A DNA stretch of 64,000 nucleotides from Heptranchias perlo (lineage: Eukaryota): contig NC_090332.1 in NCBI RefSeq assembly GCF_035084215.1, forward strand, positions 45,880,001 to 45,944,000. The letters are read 5' to 3'. Each line of letters starts with the position of its first letter. The stretch's first letter is position 1. The translations under genes were made by a program, and so were the position numbers. Positions 12,701-22,474 of this stretch are shown here, one piece after another. Below the pieces are notes generated by a model that worked only from the letters and a program-made list of their open reading frames with translations, was not told the DNA's origin and did no database searches.

Positions 12701-13213
12701 GGTAGTAATGAACTTCTGAAGCTTGTTTAATTGTCAAGAAGGAATTATCCAGAAGTTTTTGTGAAATTAGCTATAGTTTTTTCTCTCTTTTGAAACCTCC
12801 CTCTGGAGTTTGCATTACTGGGGTTTCAAAAGACCATGCATGACTTTAGTTAATAGAACGAGCATTGATTAGTGTGACTATCTTTTCCAGCCATTTTTTT
12901 TTGTATGTAACAATATATATGCCATCTTTTCCAATAAAAGTATATTGTATAATTAAAATGTGTCACTAAGCCAAATACTATCTTAAATCCAAATCAGAAC
13001 CACAAATTTTGTTTTACCTTATTTTAAAGTGGTGTTCTGTGCCAGGAGTCTGATTTGTGCAGTAACACTAATGGTGTGATAGTGGTGTAACCTGTGTGCT
13101 GAGACTCAATTGCCCAATGTGGAGAGTGCACAGGTGACAGAGCACACTCTATCCACCACTCTAAGGATTGCATTGCTCAGAAAGTTGAGTAATTAACTAC
13201 TCAGTCTTGAATG

Positions 13214-13216
<3 letters not shown>

Positions 13217-13267
<51 letters not shown>
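13217..13267. repeat. (AC)n microsatellite, about 25 units
   Basis: Read directly from the sequence. Confidence 0.98.
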
Positions 13268-13268
<1 letters not shown>

Positions 13269-14029
13269 TTTGCATGCTTATAAAAAGCAAAAGATCAAAA
13301 ACACTGCATATTTTTAACTGCACCATGGTGTAGAAAGAACATAGAAAAACACACTATATTCCTTATACTGATCGTTGTTTATAATGAGCTCAGGGATAAT
13401 TTCCATTCCCTTTCATTTTCACCCGTGGCCTTCAAAATACTTGCTGCTTCATTTGTTTCCAGATCTTCTGTCCATAGCCCATTACCTTAGGTGTTGCTGA
13501 GTCGGAGATATATGTGAAACAGATAGATATTAGGGCTGGATTCTTGTCAAACATTTAGTGAGAAATTCTGCTCTAAACCTTGTGGAGAATTATCAGCTGT
13601 AAGTGCATTGTTCTCAAACACAATTGGAATAATCAGTGAGTACTTTCTCACTGACTGCTTATACAAGTCGCGGTTGCTGGTAATATACTCAGTGTGTCCT
13701 CCATATAAGATATTCAGTTTTGCTGAAGCTCTGCACTCCCTGGAAACGATATCCTAGTGCTGTACGTGTTTGTATCTTTTGCTTTTTTGCCTCACTGTTT
13801 TTCTCCTCTCTTGGGCCTCCCCTGCATTCTGTAGCATTCCTCTGATTGAAAAGGTAGTTGGGTATCTTTCTTGCTGGACTCTGCCACTTGTGAGCTGCCA
13901 TTTGCAGATGCACAAGAGCAGCCCTCAGTATTTTGTGCACTGAGTTATTTAGGAACTGTACATATGATGTACACAGCAACACTTGGAGTTTCAGAGCATT
14001 GGCGCAGCCGGCGCTATAGTGTCATATGA

Positions 14030-15330
14030 ACATTGGAACAGGAATTCAGCCCCTCAAGCCTGTGCTAACATTCAGTTAGATCATGGCTGATCTGGACCTC
14101 AACTCCATTTACCTACTTTTGATCCATATCCCTTTATACCTTCACCTAATAAAAAAATCTATCGATCTCACTCTTGAAAATTTCAACACGCCCAGCATCC
14201 GCAGCCTTTTGGGAGAGAGAGTACGACATTTCCACTACCCCTTGGGTGAAGAAGTGCTTGCTGATTTCATTCCTGAATGGTCTGGCTCTAATTTTTAGAT
14301 TATGCCCTCTTGTTCTGGATTTCCCCACCAGAGGAAACAGTGTCTCTGTATCTATCCTATTGAATCATTTTATCATTTTTAAATACCTCAATTAGATCTC
14401 CTCTCAACCATCTATACTCCAGGGAATACAAGCCAAGCCATGCATCCTGTGCTCATAATTTAACTCTTTAGTTAATGAAATGAGTAAAAGTCATAGAATA
14501 ATAGTCATGGGAGATTTCAACCTACCCCCAAATAAACTGGCAAGGAGAGATAGGTAAAGGGGAAACAGGAATGGAGTTTTTACAGTGTGTTCAGGACTTT
14601 TTTTCTTACCCAATACGTAAGAAGCCCAACAAGAGAGCAATAGGAATCTAGTAATAGGAAATGAACCAGAGTAGAGAAGAGAAGCGTAGGGGAACATCCA
14701 GGCAATAGTGATCACAGTATAAGGTTTAAAATAATGATTGAGAAAGATATAAGTAAGACAAAGACCAAAAGCTAATTTTGAGGAGATAAAAATGGAACTG
14801 GGGAAAAAGTGACAGAGATAGAACAGCAGTGAGAAATATTTTAAAAGGTGATCAATAGAGTTCAGGAGAAATATATTCTGCCAATATCAAGAACAAACTA
14901 GCCAAGGAAAAAATACCACAAAAGCAATACATGCTAGCTCAATTAATAATTCTAAATCTGAGATTGATAAATTTTTGCTAACCATGGGTATTAAGGGATA
15001 AGGAGCCACGGTAGGTAAATGGAGTCAGGATACAGATCAGCCATGATCTCATTGAATGGCCTACTCCTGTTCCTATGTAACTTTAAGCCCCTGTTATCAT
15101 TCTGGTGAATCTACGCTACATTCCCTCCAAGCCCAACAAATCTTTCCTGATGTTCGGTGCCCAGAACTGAAGGCAGTACTTCTGGTGGGGTCTGACCAAG
15201 GCTCAATACAACTGAAGCACCACTTCCTCACTTTTAAATTCCAACCCCCTTGAGATAAGCCAACATTCCATTAGTCTTTTTGATTACATTTTTAACCTGT
15301 GCACTAGCTTTTAGTGATTTGTGTATGTGG
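14030..15330. mobile_element. Cluster of CR1 fragments in both orientations
   Basis: Minus-strand 3' end (TRGHNLKI...FFTQGVV); plus-strand EN piece (IVMGDFN); plus-strand tail near 15000-15075; minus-strand RT C-terminal piece. Confidence 0.75.
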
Positions 15331-16034
15331 CAGATTTGGGTTAAGAAAAACTATACCTTGTATAAATCTGGGAGTAAATAATCTGGGATGAATTTCCAGC
15401 ATTTGGTTGTTTCTGATTTGCGTGTCCCTGAGTAGAACCATCAAAACCAACTTGTGACTGCACTTATATCTGTAATACATATCTGACCACCCATAACTCT
15501 AAAGTAATATAGGAGATAAGCCCTAAATAGTATTTACAATCCAAATCAATCCAGATTAAATTCTTACCTTTTTTGCCTAATTTGGTTTAATATTTTTTTA
15601 AATTATTCTGTGATACCCAATAGTTTTTACCAGTTGTTGTGTGTTTTATGTATGTGGAATGCTCTGTTGGTGTAAATAATTCTGAGGCAGTGAAAACATG
15701 TTTTTAATTTGAATTTCTTTTTGTGGTGTTGGGCAATGTGATGATAGTGAAGGTGGAGTTCTAATGTGCAGTGTACAGAGTAGGATGGTCTTGGGTTCAA
15801 TTCCTCATTCTGCTCAGTTCCTCGTGTTAGCTGTCAGGAGGTGCCAGACAATGGCAATGTGGAGGGAAGATCAGGGAGGGAATGTGTGTCTGGATAGTAG
15901 ATGACCTAAAGGGGGCTCTGGTGGAAGTCAGGGAGCAGACCTCCTTCAGTGCCTGGCCCTTTGGGACATGAATCTGGATAGATCTGAAGGTAAAGGTATT
16001 AGGGAATTTTTTTTTAAAACTAGGATCCTCTTAT

Positions 16035-16670
16035 GGCTCATTGAGTTTATCCAGAAAGTAGGAAGGTTCCAGATTCAATTGCTCATCTGAATTAGCTGAT
16101 CTCAGCTAGGGTGCTACACTTGGCCTCAGTGTTTCTGGGAGGAGAAAATTCAGCCAGGGTTACTGCTCCTAGTAACTATCCAGTATGTGTGCGCACATGC
16201 TTGTCTATGTCACTATTACGAAGAAGATCAGGGGGTTCTCCCCGATGTCCTGGCCAATATTTATCCCTCAACCAACATCTCAAAACAGATTTTCTAGTCA
16301 TTATCACATTGCTGTTTGTGGGACCTTGCTGAGTGCAAATTGGCTGCTGCATTTCGTACATTACAACAGTGACCACACTTCAAAACGTACCTCATTGGTT
16401 GTGAAGTGCTTTGGTACATCCTGAAGACATGAAAGGTGCTATATTATTGCAAGTCTTTCTTCCTTTATGTTTAAGAACATTGGGTGAGGATAGATTCAGG
16501 CTTGGCTGTGATGGCCCATCTGGTTGAATAGCCTGCAGACACGCACTGTCAAGGGTCACACATAGATAATGGACAATTGATTGAGGTACTAGATGGCACC
16601 TCGTGCCTGTGAAACCATATCCCAGCCAGGAGTCACTGGCTCCAGGAGAGATGGGGAAGGGAGAAAAAAC
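16035..16670 (+). mobile_element. Old tRNA-derived SINE-like copy interrupted by a DeuSINE-type 3' half (about 16230-16465)
   Basis: Shares TTAGCTGATCTCAGC and GAATAGCCTG blocks with 31075-31390, 33105-33470 and 42500-42850. The inner piece matches 54865-55075. Confidence 0.55.
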
Positions 16671-17612
16671 AGCAAGGGTAAAAAAAGACAAAAATCCTTT
16701 TAATATTTGCTCTGTGCCATCAAGGAAAATTAGTTATGTGACCTATTGGGATGGTGCATCTAAGATGTTCTGTTTATTTCGTTCTCCTTCCCATTTTCTT
16801 CACATAGACAAACACCTATTTGTATCCTCTAATACTATATTTGTAAGTGGGGTCACTTTGGGACCAAGTTGGCTCCAAGATAACATGCCTGACAGTGGAA
16901 GATTGGAACCACCTCAACCCTCTGTAATCTGATACCCAAACCAGGTGGCTCTACAGCACTCCAGGATACTATTGATGATTGTCCTGTCAGTCTGGATCAT
17001 TAATGAAGGGATACATCTATCACTAGGGGCTGGTATTCTTCCCACTTGCTTGCAGATTTATCTGAAGCCAGGTTCTTTGACATGCAGGTTGCTACAGGCT
17101 GCACAAGCAGGGAGAAAACTACTAGTGCTCTGTGCTGGTAAGCAGTACAGTTTTACCTACTGAGACGCCTCTGTGCACTTTGGGGTCAGTGGGGTGGGCA
17201 CTAAACCTTTGCCAACCTGCAGCTAAGCTCTCTGGACTTGAATAGGTGGAATGTGTTCCTACAGGAGATGGACTGTGCACTTCACATCAAGCAAGTAACA
17301 TCTCTTTGTCGATTTCTCAGTAGTTTGGTTTGGGGATAAAGACATGATGTTGGATGTCAGCGAGCGTCAGACACCAGGCTGATCAAAAAAATAAAGCTGC
17401 TCAATGTCAGGGTTTGTTAATGAGTGGCTTTAACTTTTGACTTATAGACCACTTATTGCAACATTATTGTGTCCCTATTTTAGGTGTGTGTTTTAGACAT
17501 TTTATATTTTTTAAACACTTAAAATAACTCCAAAAATACACTTCATAAATCAGTTAGTAGTATTATTCAGGTGAAACAGCCTTCTATATGATTTAGCTCT
17601 GCAGCATCATTA

Positions 17613-17833
17613 GAAAGAGAAAGAAAGAACTTGCATTTACATAACAGCTGATTACACCCTCAGGCCATCTCAAACAATTTTACAGCTAATGAATTATTTT
17701 GAAGTGTAATCACTTATTATGTAGGCAACACAGCAGCCAATTTGTGCACAACAAGATCACACACCAAATGAGATAATGATCAGTTAATTTTTCTTTGGTG
17801 GTTGTGTCTGAGGAAGGAATGTTGGCCAGGACA
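17613..17833 (-). mobile_element. DeuSINE/SacSINE1-like SINE, 3' half (5' half at 21432-21600)
   Basis: Reverse complement of the 54640-55075 copy, split by the CR1 insertion. Confidence 0.75.
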
Positions 17834-20800
17834 GTAGCATTTCTGCGGCCACAACCGAGACTCCAGGATGGTGTGTTGCCTCCCTGGTGCAAGGATCAAG
17901 GACGTCTCGGAGCAGCTACAGAACATTTTGGAGGGGGAGGGCGAACAGCCAGCTGTCGTGGTGCACATAGGCACCAACGATATAGGTAAAAAAGGGGATG
18001 AGGTCCTAAAAGCAGAATATAGGGAGTTAGGAGGTAAATTAAGAAATAGGACCTCAAAGGTAGTAATCTCAGGATTGCTGCCAGTGCCACGTGCTAGTCA
18101 GAGTAGAAATAGGAGGATATTTCAAATGAATACGTGGCTCGAGGAATGGTGCAAGGGGGAGGGATTCAAATTCCTGGGACACTGGAAACGGTTCTGAGGG
18201 AGGTAGGACCAGTACAAACCGGACGGTCTGCACCTGGGCAGGGCCGGGACCGCTGTCCTAGGAGGAGTGTTTGCTAGTGCTGTTGGGGAGGGTTTAAACT
18301 AAAGTGGCAGGGGGTTGGGAACCTGAGCAGGGAGACAGAGGAAAGCGTAACAGGAAGGGACAGAAGGTATGGAGTAATAGGTAAAGTGTTAAAAAAGGAA
18401 AAAGCAGGAACTAAGCGTCACAAAACAGATTTGAAAGTTCTTTATCTGAATGCACGTAGCATTCGTAACAAAATGGACAAGTTAACGGCACAAATAACTA
18501 CATATGGGTATGATCTTGTGGCCATTACAGAAACATGGCTGCAGGGTGACAACGACTGGGAATTAAATATACCAGGGTATTTAACAATCAGGAAGGACAG
18601 GCAGGAAGGAAGGGGAGGTGGGGTGGCTATGTTAATAAAGGAAGGAATCACTGTAATACAGATAAATGATATTGGGACAAAGCATCAAGATAATGAAACA
18701 GTTTGGGTAGAGATAAGGAATAATAAGGGGAAAAAAACACTAGTGGGCATAGTATATAGGCCTCCTAATAGTTGCAACTCTGCTGGAAGAAGTATTAATC
18801 AGGAAATAGTCGGGGCAAGTAATAAGGGAACAGCTATAATTATGGGGGATTTTAACTATCATATTAACTGGACAAATCAAATTGGGCAAAGCAGCCTTGA
18901 GGAAGAGTTCATTGAGTGCATCAGGGAAGGATTTCTTGAGCAGTATGTAACTGATCCTACAAGGGGGCAGGCAACCTTGGACCTGGTCCTGTGTAATGAG
19001 TCAGGATTAATTAATAATGTCCTAGTTAAGGATCCCCTTGGAATGAGCGACCACAACATGGTTGAATTCCATATCCAATTAGAGGGTGAGAAGGTTGATT
19101 CTCAAACAAGCGTACTGAGCTTGAATAAAGGAGACTATGATGGTATGAGAGCGGAATTGATTAAAGTGGACTGGGAAAATAGATTAAAGGGTAAGACGGT
19201 ACATGAGCAGTGGTGTTCATTTAGGGAGTTATTTTACAACTTTCAAAATAAATATATTCCACTGAGGAAAAAAGGGTGTAAAAGAAATGACAGCCATCCG
19301 TGGCTAAGTAAAGAAATCAAGGATAGTATCCAACTAAAAACAAGGACATATAAGGTAGCCAAACTTAGTGGGAGGATAGAAGATTGGGAAGTCTTCAAAA
19401 GACAGCAAAAAGTAACTAAAGGATTGATTAAGAAAGGGAAGTTAGATTATGAAAAGAAATTAGCAAAAAATATAAAAACAGATAGCAAGAGTTTCTATAG
19501 TTATATAAAAAGAAAACGGGTGGCTAAGGCAAACGTCGGTCCCTTAGAGGATGAGACCGGGAAATTAATGGTGGGAAACATGGAGATGGCAAAAATGCTG
19601 AACAAATATTTTGTTTCAGTCTTTACGGTAGAGGATACTAAGAATATCCCAACACTGGACAAACAGGGGACTCTAGAGGGGGAGGAGCTAAATACGATTA
19701 AAATCACTCAGGAGATGGTACTCAGTAAAATAATGGGACTCAAAGCAGATAAATCCCCTGGACCTGATGGCTTACATCCTAGGGTCTTGAGGGAAGTGGC
19801 AGTAGGGATTGTGGATGCTTTGGTGATAGTTTTCCAAAATTCCCTGGACTCAGGAGAGGTCCCGGCAGATTGGAAAACTGCTAATGTAACACCGTTATTT
19901 GAAAAGGGTAGTAGGCAGAAGGCTGGAAATTATAGGCCAGTTAGCCTAACATCCGTGGTGGGTAAAATTTTGGAGTCTAATATTAAGGAGACAGTAACGG
20001 AACATTTAGATAAGCATAATTTAATAGGACAAAGTCAGCATGGCTTTATGAAGGGGAAGTCATGTCTGACAAATTTGCTTGAGTTCTTTGAGGATATAAC
20101 GTACAGGGTGGATAAAGGGGAACCAGTGGACGTAGTGTATTTAGACTTCCAGAAGGCATTTGACAAGGTGCCACATAAAAGATTAATACTTAAGATAAAA
20201 AATCACGGGATTGGGGGTAATATTCTGGCATGGGTGGAGGATTGGTTATCGAACAGGAAGCAGAGAGTTGGGATAAATGGTTCATTCTCGGACTGGCAAC
20301 CAGTAACCAGTGGTGTTCCACAGGGATCGGTGCTGGGTCCCCAACTCTTTACAATCTATATTAACGATTTGGAGGAGGGGACCGAGTGCAACATATCAAA
20401 ATTTGCAGATGATACAAAGATGGAAGGGAAAGTAGAGAGTGAGGAGGACATAAAAAACCTGCAAGGGGATATAGACAGGCTGGGTGAGTGGGCGGAGATT
20501 TGGCAGATGCAATATAATATTGGAAAATGTGAGGTTATGCATTTTGGCAGGAAAAATAAGAGAGCAAGTTATTTTCTTAATGGCGAGAGACTGGAAAGTA
20601 CTGCAGTACAAAGGGATCTGGGGGTCCTAGTGCAAGAAAATCAAAAAGTTAGTATGCAGGTGCAGCAGGTGATCAAGAAAGCCAACGGAATGTTGGCTTT
20701 TATTGCTAGGGGGATAGAATATAAAAACAGGGAGGTATTGCTGCAGTTATATAAGGTATTGGTGAGACCGCACCTGGAATACTGCATCCAGTTTTGGTGT

Positions 20801-21432
20801 CCACACTTAAGAAAAGACATACTTGCTCTCGAGGCAGTACAAAGAAGGTTCACTCGGCTAATCCCGGGGATGAGGGGGTGGACATATGAGGAGAGGTTGA
20901 GTAGATTGGAACTCTACTCATTGGAGTTCAGAAGAATGAGAGGCGATCTTATTGAAACATAAGATTGTGAAGGGGCTTGATCGGGTGGATGCAGTAAGGA
21001 TGTTCCCAAAGATGGGTGAAACTAGAACTAGGGGGCATAATCTTAGAATAAGGGGCTGCTCTTTCAAAACTGAGATGAGGAGAAACTTCTTCACTCAGAG
21101 GGTGGTAGGTCTGTGGAATTTGCTGCCCCAGGAAGCTGTGGAAGCTACATCATTAGATAAATTTAAAACAGAAATAGACAGTTTTCTAGAAGTAAAGGGA
21201 ATTAGGGGTTATGGGGAGCGGGCAGGAAATTGGACATGAAGCTGAGTTCGGATCGGTCAATCCCCTGTTGTGGCGGAGAGGGCCCAGGGGCTGAGTGGCT
21301 GGGTCCTGCTCCTACTTCTTGTGTTCTTTAGATTTGTGGTTGGGATCAGATCAGCCATGATCTTATTGAATGGCAGAGCAGGCTCGAGGGGCCGATTGGC
21401 CTACTCCTGCTCCTATTTCTTATGTTCTTATG
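17834..21432 (+). mobile_element. Young 5'-truncated CR1 LINE: ORF1 esterase remnant and near-intact ORF2
   Basis: SGNH esterase motif VVVHIGTND (17868-18197). 858-aa APE-RT ORF 18386-20962 (YLNARS, ETW, GDFN, SDH, LDFQKAFD, GVPQGS, FADD). One frameshift near 20960. TTCTTATG tail. Confidence 0.97.
18386..20962 (+). CDS. CR1 ORF2 endonuclease/reverse transcriptase (C-terminus continues frameshifted to 21239)
   Basis: ORF track with all APE and RT motifs present. Confidence 0.85.
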   Translation: MLKKEKAGTKRHKTDLKVLYLNARSIRNKMDKLTAQITTYGYDLVAITETWLQGDNDWELNIPGYLTIRKDRQEGRGGGVAMLIKEGITVIQINDIGTKHQDNETVWVEIRNNKGKKTLVGIVYRPPNSCNSAGRSINQEIVGASNKGTAIIMGDFNYHINWTNQIGQSSLEEEFIECIREGFLEQYVTDPTRGQATLDLVLCNESGLINNVLVKDPLGMSDHNMVEFHIQLEGEKVDSQTSVLSLNKGDYDGMRAELIKVDWENRLKGKTVHEQWCSFRELFYNFQNKYIPLRKKGCKRNDSHPWLSKEIKDSIQLKTRTYKVAKLSGRIEDWEVFKRQQKVTKGLIKKGKLDYEKKLAKNIKTDSKSFYSYIKRKRVAKANVGPLEDETGKLMVGNMEMAKMLNKYFVSVFTVEDTKNIPTLDKQGTLEGEELNTIKITQEMVLSKIMGLKADKSPGPDGLHPRVLREVAVGIVDALVIVFQNSLDSGEVPADWKTANVTPLFEKGSRQKAGNYRPVSLTSVVGKILESNIKETVTEHLDKHNLIGQSQHGFMKGKSCLTNLLEFFEDITYRVDKGEPVDVVYLDFQKAFDKVPHKRLILKIKNHGIGGNILAWVEDWLSNRKQRVGINGSFSDWQPVTSGVPQGSVLGPQLFTIYINDLEEGTECNISKFADDTKMEGKVESEEDIKNLQGDIDRLGEWAEIWQMQYNIGKCEVMHFGRKNKRASYFLNGERLESTAVQRDLGVLVQENQKVSMQVQQVIKKANGMLAFIARGIEYKNREVLLQLYKVLVRPHLEYCIQFWCPHLRKDILALEAVQRRFTRLIPGMRGWTYEERLSRLELYSLEFRRMRGDLIET

Positions 21433-21877
21433 GGATCCTTTACACCCACCTGAACAGGCAGGCAGGGCCTTGGTTTAAGTCTTATCCACTTCCGCAATGC
21501 AGCTCTCCCTCAGTACTGCACTGAAGTGTCAGCTTAGTGGGCTTGAAACCACAATCTTCTAATTCAGAGGTGAGAGAGCTTACCAATGAACCAAACTGAC
21601 ATCCCAATACAGGAATTTAATATTCCTTCCTCCATAATGGACTGCATGTGGGTTTAATGGTACAATCTTCAAATAAAGAACCTCAATTTGTCTTTTTTAA
21701 AATTCGTTCCTGGGATGTGGGCGTTGCTGGTGAGGCCCATCCCTAATTGCCATTGAGAAGGTGGTGGTGAGCCGCCACCTTGAACTGCTGCAGTCCGTGG
21801 TGAAGGTTCTCCCACAGTGCTGTTCGGTAGGGAGTTCCAGGATTTTGACCCAGCGACGATGAAGGAACGGCGATATA

Positions 21878-22474
21878 ACGGCGCAACAATAGCCAGACAG
21901 GAGGGTTCTCTCCCAGTCGGGGAACACTTCAGCAGTCAAGGACATTCAGCCACCGATCCTCGGGTAAGCGTTCTCCAAGGCGGCCTTCGAGACACACGAC
22001 AACGCAAAATCGTCGAGCAGAAATTGATAGCCAAGTTCCGCACCCATGAGGACGGCCTCAACCGGGATCTTGGGTTCATGTCACGCTACACGTAACCCCA
22101 CCAGCAGGGAAAAAGAGTTATCTATTTTTAATACAACTGGTCATTCTCTCTCTCTTCCTTTCGGCTGTTTCTCTCTCTCTCTCTGTCTTTGGGTCCTGAC
22201 CGTTTGTATATTCAGTAGTCCTGTATGTAATTTCTCTCTGTCTGAACACTTTGATTGCCTTGACAACGGGCAGTTGGAAAGATTATCTGTAATCACCAGG
22301 TATTGTTCTCTGACTATATATGCGGTAACCTTCATGGAATCCCACACTCACCTGACGAAGGAGAAAGCCTCCGAAAGCTTGTGATTTTCAAATAAAACTG
22401 TTGGACTATTACCTGATGTTGTAAGATTCCTTACATTTATCCACCCCAGTCCATCACTGTCATCTCCTCATCAT
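21878..22474 (+). mobile_element. Penelope-like element 3' fragment (GIY-YIG C-terminus and pseudo-LTR) nested in the LINE
   Basis: PVGEHFSSQGHS...RKIVEQKLIAKFRTHEDGLN. Flanked by a GATATA duplication at 21872-21877 and 22475-22480. Confidence 0.85.
22348..22384 (+). ncRNA. Minimal type I hammerhead ribozyme
   Basis: TCAC-CTGACGA-A-GGAG(AAAGC)CTCC-GAAA-GC-TT-GTGA: core boxes, stem II, stem I TCAC/GTGA and palindromic AAGCTT at stem III, as in Penelope-associated hammerheads. Confidence 0.8.
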
